From a candidate division FCPU426 bacterium (lineage in GTDB: Bacteria; Oederibacteriota; Muellerivitia; Muellerivitales; Muellerivitaceae), in assembly GCA_030041545.1 (NCBI GenBank), contig JASHNQ010000050.1, forward strand, positions 22,374-86,373: a stretch of DNA of 64,000 bases, given 5' to 3'. The position numbers and the translations under genes were made by a program. This document shows, one piece after another, positions 9,941 through 19,055 of this stretch. Position 1 is the stretch's first letter; every line of letters begins with the position of its first letter. The notes under the pieces were generated by a model, which worked only from the letters and a program-made list of their open reading frames with translations, was not told where the DNA came from and did not search any database.

Positions 9941-10564
9941 TTAGGGGTTGATGCAACCCTCGGCCTGGGAAACCACCGTGCGCAGCGGGCGCAGCGTCGG
10001 CCTGCCGGTATTCATGTCGCGGGCGATTTCATAGCGCGGCACTTTGCTGTCCACGTCCTGCGACCAGGCGTCGATTCCCCCGGTCATGGACTTGGCGTTG
10101 GTGAAGCCGTGGCCCGCGAAATAGGCGGCCGCGTCCATGCTGCGGTTGCCGTGGTGGCAGAAAAACACGATGGGAGTGTCCTTGGGCCAGGTGTAGATCT
10201 CCTGGGCCAAATCCTCGGTAATGAGTTGGGAGCTCTCGATGTGGGCCAGTTTGTATTCCTCCGGCGTGCGCACGTCAATCAGCCGTGGTTTTTGTCCGTT
10301 TTCGCTCTTCAGGGCCTCCACCACTTCCTTGGGGCTGACCTTGATCTTTTGATCGATCTGCTCGGCTTCCTCGATGAAAGCAAGCACCTCGTTGACATCG
10401 GCATTGTGGCGGGCCACCACCTCCCCCAAAATTTCGTCGGGCTCGTACCCGCAGCTGTGGCAGCCGCCGATGTGGTAGCGGCGGAAAAGGGCGCGCTGGG
10501 CGCTGGGGTAGTTGTCCAGGACCTCCTGCATGGTGCTTTGGGGGGTGATCTTCGTGGCTGGCAT
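9941..10564 (-). CDS. rhodanese-like sulfurtransferase with N-terminal DUF1858-like Cys-rich domain
   Basis: Active-site loop FFCHHGNRS; N-terminal RYHIGGCHSCGYEP. Confidence 0.75.
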   Translation of the reverse strand: MPATKITPQSTMQEVLDNYPSAQRALFRRYHIGGCHSCGYEPDEILGEVVARHNADVNEVLAFIEEAEQIDQKIKVSPKEVVEALKSENGQKPRLIDVRTPEEYKLAHIESSQLITEDLAQEIYTWPKDTPIVFFCHHGNRSMDAAAYFAGHGFTNAKSMTGGIDAWSQDVDSKVPRYEIARDMNTGRPTLRPLRTVVSQAEGCINP

Positions 10565-10774
10565 CTTTTCGTCTCCTCGCCCGGCCGGTTTCCCCGACCT
10601 TGGGTGAAATGAACTTACGGTTAAACTTTACGCCCTTCCCCGGTCGATGGCAAGGGGGTTGATAACACGGCGTTTTCGCGCGTTGAGAAGCCGGTAAAGC
10701 CGGACGGTCCGGCGACACCCTTGCCGGGGCGCGCCCGTCTTAATGGCATAACCATGATTCAGGGAAGGACGCCC

Positions 10775-11068
10775 ATGACCCCGGCCCACAGAACAACCCC
10801 AGCCGTTGTTGAGAAAGTAATGGTGGCCCACCCATTCGGATTGCACTTGCGGGCCGCCGCCAAGCTCGTTTTGCTCAAGCGCCGGTTCAAAAGCCGAGTC
10901 ACGGTCAGGAAAGGGGCGGAATCCGCCGCAGCGGAAAGCATCCTGGGCCTGATGAACCTGGCCGCAGGCCGCGGGACCGAGTTGGAGGTCCTCTGCGAAG
11001 GGGAGGACGCCGGGGAAGCGGCGGCGGAAATCCGGCGTTTTTTCAACAACCCCCAGGATTGGGCTTAG
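10775..11068 (+). CDS. ptsH: HPr-family phosphocarrier protein
   Basis: VAHPFGLHLRAAAKLV and SILGLMNL...GTELEVLCEGEDA motifs; start set at the ATG preceded by AGGGAAGGA. Confidence 0.7.
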   Translation: MTPAHRTTPAVVEKVMVAHPFGLHLRAAAKLVLLKRRFKSRVTVRKGAESAAAESILGLMNLAAGRGTELEVLCEGEDAGEAAAEIRRFFNNPQDWA

Positions 11069-11092
11069 GGCCTCTAGAAGTTTCGTGAGGGC

Positions 11093-11632
11093 CTAAAACT
11101 TGTTCTCGTTGATCCAGCGCTGGACTTCGGCCTCGACGGAGAAGGCCTGGGTGGGGTCCTTAAAGAATTTCTCCTCCAAAAGGCGTGCGTTGGCTTCCAA
11201 GGGGATTTTCTCATAGCTTCCCCGCGACAGGAGCCCCCGGACGTACTTGTTGGCGAACTGTTTCAAGCCCAACTTTTGATACTGCACCGCGTGCACCAGC
11301 TCGTGAAATTGGATGTTGGGCTCCAGGTCCCGGTAGAAAACCACCATGTCCACAAAGGTGATGGCTTCCAGGCGGTCCCACGAAAAGGCCACGCCACGGT
11401 CATTCAATTCTTTGAGGAATGCCGGTGTTTCCATCGGGCCGTCCGGCTTGCGGGAAAAAAGCGTGGTCCTCAAGATCCCCTCATTAAAAAAGGGCCTGAA
11501 AACTTCCTGCTCCCGGGGGGAAAGGGGCGCGGCATCGGGGAGGTAGGCTTCCCTTTGGGTTTTGATGTAAGTGGCCGTCTCGTTGACGTAACGGGCGATA
11601 TCGTTTTCCGGGAAACTGGTCGTAAAGAGCAT
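11093..11632 (-). CDS. hypothetical protein with HExxH motif (possible zinc metallopeptidase-like)
   Basis: HELVHAVQY motif; no other recognisable family. Confidence 0.45.
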   Translation of the reverse strand: MLFTTSFPENDIARYVNETATYIKTQREAYLPDAAPLSPREQEVFRPFFNEGILRTTLFSRKPDGPMETPAFLKELNDRGVAFSWDRLEAITFVDMVVFYRDLEPNIQFHELVHAVQYQKLGLKQFANKYVRGLLSRGSYEKIPLEANARLLEEKFFKDPTQAFSVEAEVQRWINENKF

Positions 11633-11754
11633 GAGGTTTCAGCCTTTTGGGGTTTAGGGAAGTATACACCCGGCAACCTTCTTTTTTGATCACTGCCCTG
11701 TAAATTATAAAAAAGCCGGGGGCGATTTTCCCTGGCTTTTGAGTAAAAGGTGGT

Positions 11755-11964
11755 TTATTGGTTATTGTTATTGTTGTTGGGGTGGTACTCGTCCCAATGG
11801 TCGCCGTGAGCCCGGTGCCAGTCGTCGTCATGGCCGTCCCGCCAGATCCGGTGTCCGTCATGGTCGTAATAATAGGGGGCAACGCAGGCCAAGTGCAGGA
11901 GGCCCCCGGCGAAAAGGATCAACAGGCCCGTCAAAGCCGCAGCTAGCTTCCGTTTCGGATGCAT
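11755..11964 (-). CDS. small secreted His/Asp-rich peptide
   Basis: 69 aa; signal peptide followed by DHDGHRIWRDGHDDDWHRAHGDHWDEYH and NNNNNNQ. Confidence 0.45.
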   Translation of the reverse strand: MHPKRKLAAALTGLLILFAGGLLHLACVAPYYYDHDGHRIWRDGHDDDWHRAHGDHWDEYHPNNNNNNQ

Positions 11965-12051
11965 GAAAACCTCCTTTTGGGATTAAATCGCCTTGCGACT
12001 ACCGCCAAAGGAAAGCTTACCGGCATTGGGCCCTTCGTCCGTGACCAATGC

Positions 12052-12834
12052 TTAAAAAAGGTTTTTTTCTATTACAAAATCGGTGGTGGTGCCCGTCTGG
12101 CCGGGCGTCACGCCCAGTCCCACCTCGAAAAGCCAGCCCCCGGTTTTGAAGCCCACCTCGGGCACCAGCACCCATTGGCTGGAAGTCCCTCCGTTGTCCG
12201 GAAGCAGGTTGTCGGTCCAATCCCCCTCCACTTGGATGGCCCAATGGGCGCCCAGGGCGTAACCCAGGGCCGTGAAGGCGAACCAGTTGGCAGTGAAGTT
12301 GTTGTCCAAGGCCCCGTTATAGCCGTAGTTCCCCTGGAGGAAAACCCTTCCCATGCGCACGGCGTCCAGCGCCTGGAAGGTGTAGCTGCTTCCAACGCCG
12401 GGAAACCGGCTGTCGGGAGTCGCCCAATAAAATCCCTGGGCTTCCAGGGAGAAAACGCCGCCCGCGCCGCCGTCCGGATCGTGGAAGCGCCCGAAGACCC
12501 AGCGGGGCCCGCCTCCCAAGGGGCCCAAGGCCGCGGGCCCGTGGCCCAGGGGTTCCTCCAGCAAAAGGTCGGGGAAAGTGATGTCCAGCCCCCAATCCCT
12601 GGCCAGATGGATAAGCCCCTCGCCTTGCAGGTTGGTAAAGGTGCCCGCCGCGTTGCTGTTGTCAATGGAACCGGTCACGTAATAAACGCTGGACACCTCG
12701 GCCTCGTCCAGGTTGATGGCGCGCGTGATGGTGGGAACCTCCTGGGCCTTGGCGGCGCCGGCGAAAAACGCAATGGCCGCGGCCAGCCCGAGGGCCCGGG
12801 AAAAGGAACCAAGCCGGCTAAAAAGGTTTTTCAC
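12052..12834 (-). CDS. hypothetical secreted/outer-membrane protein (C-terminal Phe)
   Basis: Signal peptide; beta-rich composition with aromatic C-terminus ...IEKNLF; GTG start with AAGGAAAGG upstream. Confidence 0.5.
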   Translation of the reverse strand: MKNLFSRLGSFSRALGLAAAIAFFAGAAKAQEVPTITRAINLDEAEVSSVYYVTGSIDNSNAAGTFTNLQGEGLIHLARDWGLDITFPDLLLEEPLGHGPAALGPLGGGPRWVFGRFHDPDGGAGGVFSLEAQGFYWATPDSRFPGVGSSYTFQALDAVRMGRVFLQGNYGYNGALDNNFTANWFAFTALGYALGAHWAIQVEGDWTDNLLPDNGGTSSQWVLVPEVGFKTGGWLFEVGLGVTPGQTGTTTDFVIEKNLF

Positions 12835-13019
12835 GCCTTTCCTTTCTTCGGAAGCGGGAGGGACGGGACCATGATAGGGGCGGGAATCCCAAAAAGGAAG
12901 GGCGAAGGACCGGGGGCAGTGACTCGTTTGAGGCTGTTGAAAAAGTCCCGGGGACAGGGTTCCAGGGACAAAAGGCTACGTCACTATTTTTCCTGGTACG
13001 GCCAGTCGCCAGCCGCCCT

Positions 13020-14678
13020 TCACAACTGCTTCACCGGGTAGCCTTTTTGGGAGAGGAGGGCCGGCAGGCCGTAGGAACCCACCAAGTGGCCGCTTCCCAC
13101 GACGATGAAATAGGTGCCCCGGCTCGCCAATATGCGGTCCATTTGCGGGATCCAGTACTGGTTCCGCTGCACAAGGATTTTTTCCATGATGGCACGGTCG
13201 TCCGGCGCCAGGCCGCTGTACATGAGCGAGGCCATGTCCACCGTGTTGCCTGTCTTCCAATCGGCGAAAATCTCGTCCACGAACCGGACTTGGTTGAGGG
13301 AGGCCGCCGAGGACCCGAAAAGGTAATAAACCTGTTCGGGCTCCGGCAGGCTGTCCAGGACCTGGAAGGGTTCGTACCAGAATTCCATCCCGAAGACAGG
13401 CTTGCCGGCCTTAAGGGCCTTGCGCAGGAAGATCGAATCAATGCCGTTTTGCTTCAGGGGCTTGAGGCCCTCCAGCCTCCCCCGGCGGGCCAGGTAGTCG
13501 TTCACGATGCAAGGTTTCAGGTTTTGGATTTCGGAAACGGGCACCCCTTCCATGGCCGCCGCCTTTTGCACGGCCTGCCACTGGCCCAGGGTCAGGTGGT
13601 TCGGAAGGCTGTCGCCCGGGGGGTAGGAAAAATGGTCCCGGACGTACCGGGGATAGTCCCTTTGCACCTCGGCTTGTTGGGAGAGGTCGTACTCAAACCC
13701 GACGTAATCCGAGGCTTCGAAGGCCCTTTCCACGATCTCGGGCACCTGCAGGGGCGTATGGGGCCGCACATGGATGGCGCCCAATAGGTAGACCGTGGCC
13801 GTGGGGGAGCTCACCTTCCAGAAGAAATGCCGGGCGCCCGGGTTTTCGGAAGAGGCCGGAACCACCTGGGTATCTCCGTTGTCGCCGCCCGGCATGAGGG
13901 CGGCGGCCTGCTGGACCTCGTAATCCGCCAGGGTGAAGGTGGCCTGGAAGAGCTGGCCCGGGCTGCGCTGGTAGAAAGTGAGGGACGCGGGAAGTGGGTA
14001 GCCCTCAACAGGCTGGTATTGGATCACCAGGTCCATCGCCACGGGGATGTTGTCCATGGGCATGCGTATCTGCATTCCGATGTGCTGGGGAAGCGCGCCC
14101 TGGGGGGAAGGCAGGAAGTCCAGCTGCAGTTCCCGGGTTTCCCCCAGGACCTGGATCACCATCTTCTTGCCCAGGGACCTTTCATCGAAATCCATAGTCA
14201 CCGTGGTTTTGGGCGTCTTTTGGACGATGGTGAAGGCCGCGCCCCCGTCCCGCGTGATGCGGTAGGAGAACTTTTTCGACGGCGGGACGAACAAGGGCGA
14301 GGCCACGAAGCCCCCCCAGATTTCCAGGAGGGAATTGGCCATGTTGCTCAAAAGCCGCACCCTCTCGGGCGTGGCCTGGGGATCGCCCCCGTTGGAGGAA
14401 AAGCTCAGGATGGGCATGATCCCCGACCCCACGTAGGAAAAATCGAATTGGGGATGGGTCTCCTGCCAGTCGAAGTCCCGCCAGGCGCCGGCCATGCCCT
14501 TGGGCAGCTGGCCCGAAAGGGCCACCGTGGCCTTGGCCTGGAAGCTTTTGAGGCCTTCTCGGGAGAAGCAGTAATAGTAGCGGTCCAGGCGTTGCAGGTA
14601 GGACGCCATGTCGAAGTCGTCGGCCCAGGCCGGGAGGGCGAAGAGGCAGAGGGTCAAGGAAAGGAAACGGGATTTCAT
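13020..14678 (-). CDS. TraB/GumN family protein with N-terminal domain of unknown function
   Basis: Signal peptide; C-terminal half carries TraB/GumN-like YLLGAIHV...FGSGHLVG motifs. Confidence 0.6.
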   Translation of the reverse strand: MKSRFLSLTLCLFALPAWADDFDMASYLQRLDRYYYCFSREGLKSFQAKATVALSGQLPKGMAGAWRDFDWQETHPQFDFSYVGSGIMPILSFSSNGGDPQATPERVRLLSNMANSLLEIWGGFVASPLFVPPSKKFSYRITRDGGAAFTIVQKTPKTTVTMDFDERSLGKKMVIQVLGETRELQLDFLPSPQGALPQHIGMQIRMPMDNIPVAMDLVIQYQPVEGYPLPASLTFYQRSPGQLFQATFTLADYEVQQAAALMPGGDNGDTQVVPASSENPGARHFFWKVSSPTATVYLLGAIHVRPHTPLQVPEIVERAFEASDYVGFEYDLSQQAEVQRDYPRYVRDHFSYPPGDSLPNHLTLGQWQAVQKAAAMEGVPVSEIQNLKPCIVNDYLARRGRLEGLKPLKQNGIDSIFLRKALKAGKPVFGMEFWYEPFQVLDSLPEPEQVYYLFGSSAASLNQVRFVDEIFADWKTGNTVDMASLMYSGLAPDDRAIMEKILVQRNQYWIPQMDRILASRGTYFIVVGSGHLVGSYGLPALLSQKGYPVKQL

Positions 14679-14747
14679 GTTCGTCTTTCACAAACGGGGT
14701 TAGGGAAGCTTGGAGAGGGATCTTCCTTTGGTTCCGGCTCGCCCGGG

Positions 14748-15662
14748 TTAGGGGCTGTACTGCAGGCCCAGGTTGATCGGGATGAACGAGAAATTTTCGT
14801 CCTCGTTGTCGGTCACGTAAAGGGCCCAGTCGTAATCCACCTCAGCGAAGAGATCCCATTCGCGCCCCAAGGGAACGGCCATACCGGCCCCAAACCGGAA
14901 GAGGGGTACGGTCGTGGCGTAAGTGTAGGAATAACCCTCTTCAGATTCCGTGCTCAAGGTCAGGTTGGCCCCCATGCCGACGGAAATATAGGGCCGCACC
15001 GCACCGGAGCCCATGAGGTAGCGGCAAACCGTCAAAAGCTGCCATTCCTGCAGGCTCGTGGATTCGCCGGGGGCGTTTTGCGGGATTCCGTCGTCAACGT
15101 AGGTGTAGGGCAGGTTGTACACGGATAAGTCCAGCGCCACGGAAAAATGGCGGTCGAACTGGCAGCCCACGAAAAACCCCCCGCCCAGGCCCGTACTGAA
15201 ATCCTCGGTTTCCAGTTCGTCCTCTTGGTTGGCGATTCCGCCCCAGAAGGCGGGGCCACCGAACAGGCCCAGGATGGCGTGGGGCCGGTCCGGGTCAAGT
15301 GAATCCCGCGGAGGGGCCGGTGGTGGCGGAGGCGCAACGGGCGTGGGCAAGGGCGGCTGGGATTGGACAAAGGACCTCAAACCGGGATTGTTGGGCTGGA
15401 GGGAGAGGGACAGCTGGTACTCGGCCATGGCCTCGGCCTTCCGGCCCTGGACGAAATAAACGTTGCCTAGCAATTGGTGGGCCGTGGCATTTTGGGGGTC
15501 TAAGCCCAGGGCGGCCTGAAGGGCCTGCTCCGCCCCCGCGTAGTCCTTAACCTGGTAAAGCCTTTTGGCCTGGCCCAGGTAGGCCAGGGCGCTTTCCTGC
15601 GCCCGCGCCGGGAAAACCAAGGCTAGGGCGCCCATAAAAACCCAAACATATTTCTTGATCAT
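14748..15662 (-). CDS. TPR-repeat protein with C-terminal beta-barrel-like domain (putative outer membrane)
   Basis: ATG (MIKKYVWVF signal peptide) preceded by GAGGGGA; TPR motifs AEAMAEYQLSLSLQPNNP; C-terminal aromatic-rich beta region ending YSP. Confidence 0.55.
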   Translation of the reverse strand: MIKKYVWVFMGALALVFPARAQESALAYLGQAKRLYQVKDYAGAEQALQAALGLDPQNATAHQLLGNVYFVQGRKAEAMAEYQLSLSLQPNNPGLRSFVQSQPPLPTPVAPPPPPAPPRDSLDPDRPHAILGLFGGPAFWGGIANQEDELETEDFSTGLGGGFFVGCQFDRHFSVALDLSVYNLPYTYVDDGIPQNAPGESTSLQEWQLLTVCRYLMGSGAVRPYISVGMGANLTLSTESEEGYSYTYATTVPLFRFGAGMAVPLGREWDLFAEVDYDWALYVTDNEDENFSFIPINLGLQYSP

Positions 15663-15848
15663 ACGTCCCCTCAAGAAGACCAGCCTTCAAACAGGCCTAT
15701 TATAGCAAAGGGGATTGCGGCCCAAACCGCCCTCTCAAAGGAACGAAGCAAGGAAACGGCCTTTTACCATTCAACGCACCTGGGTCAGTGGTTCGATGCG
15801 ATTTTGTTGACTGCGTCCTGAGGCTCTCGAAGGGCTCACCATCCCGTA

Positions 15849-16409
15849 TTACCGTACCTGGGTCAAGTAAAGGGGGGTGCCGTCCGGGTCCTTGAAGAAG
15901 GCCAGGATGTTCACTTCGTTCTCCTGGAAATGGAACCGCACGCCCTTGGCTTCCATTTCTTTGGCGGTAGCCCGGATATCCTTAACCTCGAACCCGATGG
16001 ACAAGTTGATGTGGTGCGATGGGGCCACCTGCCCCCCGGCCCTCAAGCCGGGGGGCTCGCTTTGGTTGTGCCCAGCCAAGGCGCCGGAGCCTGCGGAGGC
16101 GCCACTGATGGGCTGGGCATGGCTTGGGTTGTGCCCAGCCCCGGCGCCGGAGCTAGGCGCCGCGCCACCCCCGGGTTGCCCGTGTTGGCGCGGCGTCAAG
16201 GCGCCCCAACCCATTAAGGCCGCGGTATCGGATGGGGTCCCCTGCCTTTGGGGATGCAGGCCGATGGTGATGCCTTGGGCGGTCATCTCCGCCCAGTTAT
16301 CCCCGAAGCGCAGGTCCTCATAGAGTCCCAGGACGTTGGTGTAAAAATCCACCGCGTGGTCCAGGTTATCCACCATAATCGTGACGTAGGCTTTCTTGAT
16401 CTCGGGCAA
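15849..16409 (-). CDS. VOC/glyoxalase-fold protein carrying an in-frame Gly/Ala-rich insertion
   Basis: VOC ends (VTIMVDNLDHAVDFY ... FHFQENEVNILAFFKDPDG) separated by a low-complexity insert encoded by a ~63-bp tandem DNA duplication (~16062..16186); TTG start preceded by AAGGAGAG. Confidence 0.65.
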   Translation of the reverse strand: MPEIKKAYVTIMVDNLDHAVDFYTNVLGLYEDLRFGDNWAEMTAQGITIGLHPQRQGTPSDTAALMGWGALTPRQHGQPGGGAAPSSGAGAGHNPSHAQPISGASAGSGALAGHNQSEPPGLRAGGQVAPSHHINLSIGFEVKDIRATAKEMEAKGVRFHFQENEVNILAFFKDPDGTPLYLTQVR

Positions 16410-16446
16410 GTTTTCTCTCCTTGTTAAGAACCCTAACAAAAATACA

Positions 16447-16575
16447 AACGCTTACCACAAAGTTCACGAAGGACACAAAGTGAAGCATGGAAACGTCGGG
16501 AAAACCTAAGGTTTTTAACTTCGTGTCCTTTGTGCCGATTCACCTTGTGGTGAGCGTTTTTGGTTAGGGACTCTA
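16447..16575. repeat. compound palindromic element P1 (CACAAAGT-family arms within ctaacaaaaa-type outer inverted repeats)
   Basis: cttaccacaaagttcacgaaggacacaaagt ... aacttcgtgtcctttgtgccgattcaccttgtggtgagcg tttttggttagggactc; near-identical reverse-complement copy at 18876..19000. Confidence 0.7.
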
Positions 16576-17544
16576 AGAAAGTTCTTCGCGGGTCACGACC
16601 CGGGGATCGTCATAAAAAGCTCGGATTTCCTCCGGCGTATTCTCCCTTTCCAGGTAGTCGCACCAGATCATGAACCAGGCCCAGCGGGGCTGGCGCTTCA
16701 ACAAGCCGGGGGCGGGCACCTTCCCGATCTCCCCCAAGGCCACGGGCTTTCCCTCCGCCACGGCCAGCAGTTCCTCGTAATGCCGGTCCTGGAAGTCCCC
16801 CTTGTAAACATCCGTGGCCAGGATGTCCACGTAAGCGTGGCCCGGGTAGTAGTCGCGGTAGGGGCCCGCGTTTCCCTCGTCGTTCACCTTGTTGGCGTTC
16901 CATACCCACAGCAGGTTGTTCAAGCCGTATTTCTTCGTGAAAACCTCGATCATCAGGCGGTAGAGCGCCTGGGCGCCGCGGGGGCCGGGGCGGCCGCCCC
17001 ACCAAAACCAGTCACCGTTCCCCTCATGGTAGGGCCTCCAAAGGACGGGGACGCGGGCGTCCCGCAGCTTGGTCAGATGACCCGCCACCACTTTCAAATG
17101 CCTCAGCCAGCGGTTGTGGAGCGGCGTCCCGGGTATGGTCAATTCCCTCCACTCGAGGTCGGTCAGCTTGTTCTGGACGCTTTCCTTCCAGCCATTAGGT
17201 TCCTCGTCCGTGGGCCTCACCGCGTGCCACATGAGGGTGATGATATTCCCCTCCCGGTGGCGCTTAATGGCTTCCTCCATATTGGCCTCGCGGTTCCAAA
17301 CAGCGTCCTTGTCCTCCAACCCGGCCGTGAAGCCGAAATCCTGCCCCCAAATGGCCGGGTAACGGCCGGTGATCCCGCTGGCCTTCTCCGAGTAGCCGGA
17401 ATGGAAGCCGGGGTAGTTGTGCTGGCCCGACAGGGTCTTTTGGCCGGAAATGGAATAAAGATATTCGAGGAGCTTTCGGGCCTCGGGCGAGGCTTGGGGG
17501 TTGACGGGTTCCAAAGACATAAGAGGCCTCAATTGATCCCTCAT
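16573..17544 (-). CDS. glycoside hydrolase family 26 (beta-mannanase-like)
   Basis: WHAVRP and RPYHEGNGDWFWWG GH26 signature motifs; no obvious signal peptide; start could alternatively be the MSLEP ATG at 17520. Confidence 0.8.
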   Translation of the reverse strand: MRDQLRPLMSLEPVNPQASPEARKLLEYLYSISGQKTLSGQHNYPGFHSGYSEKASGITGRYPAIWGQDFGFTAGLEDKDAVWNREANMEEAIKRHREGNIITLMWHAVRPTDEEPNGWKESVQNKLTDLEWRELTIPGTPLHNRWLRHLKVVAGHLTKLRDARVPVLWRPYHEGNGDWFWWGGRPGPRGAQALYRLMIEVFTKKYGLNNLLWVWNANKVNDEGNAGPYRDYYPGHAYVDILATDVYKGDFQDRHYEELLAVAEGKPVALGEIGKVPAPGLLKRQPRWAWFMIWCDYLERENTPEEIRAFYDDPRVVTREELS

Positions 17545-17708
17545 TTTTCACCAACGGAGGCATTGCGGGAAAGGGACGCCCTGCTTTTGTGCCCGGGGAG
17601 ATTTTAGTCGAACGGTGGCGGGTATAAAAGGAAAGAGGTGGAGGTAGGGGGAATCAAAAGGGTTCCCGGGGGGTGGGAACCCCCGGGAGCCGCAACCAGA
17701 CGGAAGGC

Positions 17709-17909
17709 TTAGTTGGCGGGAGTCGGCGTGGGTGTCTCCATGTGATGGTGGTGGTGTCCCCTGCCATGTTTAGGGGTTGGCGTGGTGGAAGGCGTAGCCG
17801 CCACGGAGTCGTCCCCCGAGGCCGTCACGGCCCCGTCCTGCGCCCGGACCAACAGGGCCCCGGAGGCCAAGAAAGCGGCGGTTAAAACCCAAGCGAATTT
17901 CTTTTTCAT
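17709..17909 (-). CDS. small secreted His-rich peptide
   Basis: 66 aa; signal peptide MKKKFAWVLTAAFLASGALLVRA then ...KHGRGHHHHHMETPTPTPAN. Confidence 0.45.
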   Translation of the reverse strand: MKKKFAWVLTAAFLASGALLVRAQDGAVTASGDDSVAATPSTTPTPKHGRGHHHHHMETPTPTPAN

Positions 17910-18198
17910 GAGAACTCCTTTCCCGCAAAAATTGAAACAAAAAGCGTTTCAGTGGGATTAGACGTTGCCGGTTTATTTATCGGGTCACCGGTGGGTGGAC
18001 GATTTCGGATTTCCAGGCGCTTTTTCCGGCTGGGGGGGCTCCCACGGGCAAGGCCTGGAGGGAGCGTCATGACGTTGATTCCATGAATTCATTTTCCCGG
18101 GGGAAAGTCCGGCCGGACCCCTGGACGGAATCAGCATTGGCCGCCGAATAGGCGAGGGTGAGATCCCGCTTTTAAGGATCCCCAAGCGGTGAAACGCC

Positions 18199-18645
18199 TT
18201 AATTCTGCGCCACGGACCGGTTGACCTGCTTGCGTTCGAAAAAGACCTTGCGGAATTCCTGGGCGACGGCCGAGTTCCTCATGAGGACTTCCTCGAAATG
18301 GATCCGGTTCAGCACGAAAAGTGCGGTGTCTTCCTCGGCCACCACGGAAGCGTTGCGGGGTTCTTGGGAAATGAGCGCCATTTCGCCGAAGAACTGGTCG
18401 GGGAAAAGTTCCGCTACCTTGGCCGTGCGGAAGCCCTTTTTGACCCACACCGAAACCCGCCCCGAGGCGATCAGGTAAAGGGAAAGCGCCGGGTCCCCCT
18501 GCCGGATGATGGGATTTCCCTTGGGGACCTTTTGGGTCCGCATGTACTTGGCCAACACATCCAGCTCGAACATTTTCAGGGACTGCAGGATATTGTTCTT
18601 GCGCAAAATACGGCCCAGGCGGGCAATACTGAAAGCATCTTCCAT
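18199..18645 (-). CDS. cyclic nucleotide-binding domain protein
   Basis: cNMP-binding motifs IIRQGDPALSLYLIASGRVSV...FGEMALIS; start set at MEDAFS, preceded by GGAGGA. Confidence 0.7.
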   Translation of the reverse strand: MEDAFSIARLGRILRKNNILQSLKMFELDVLAKYMRTQKVPKGNPIIRQGDPALSLYLIASGRVSVWVKKGFRTAKVAELFPDQFFGEMALISQEPRNASVVAEEDTALFVLNRIHFEEVLMRNSAVAQEFRKVFFERKQVNRSVAQN

Positions 18646-18875
18646 CTTCGTCCTCCAGGAAAAATACGGGATTTGACCTAAAGCCGGTGGGTTCAACCGG
18701 CGCAAGGCGCTCGAGGCTTCAACCTGGATTTTGAATTGAATTGGGGGAAAGAGAAGCGGGGACAGCCGCTGGAAATGACGTCGACTGGGCATGATTCTAC
18801 CTTAAAAATTGGGAAACGCAAGGGCCAAAAGCCGGCGATGAAAGCGTTTTGATGGGCATTTAGAGTCCCTAACCA

Positions 18876-19000
18876 AAAATGCTCACCACAAGGTGAATCG
18901 GCGCAAAGGACACGAAGTTAAAAACCTTAGGTTTTCCCGACGTTTCCATGCTTCACTTTGTGTCCTTCGTGAACTTTGTGGTAAGAGTTTAGAGCGAAGG
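18876..19000. repeat. compound palindromic element P2 (reverse-complement copy of P1)
   Basis: gagtccctaaccaaaaatgctcaccacaaggtgaatcggcgcaaaggacacgaagtt...cactttgtgtccttcgtgaactttgtggtaagag, which is the reverse complement of 16447..16575 with a few substitutions. Confidence 0.7.
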
Positions 19001-19055
19001 AGGATGCCAGGGCGGAGGCGGATGGAAAAAGTCCCTTCCCACGGCCCCAGGGCCG

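Noticed and set aside
13827-15128. 433-aa plus-strand ORF antisense to the TraB/GumN and TPR genes
   Set aside because: Spans two real minus-strand genes and their intergenic gap; Gly/Arg/Val-rich low-complexity translation.
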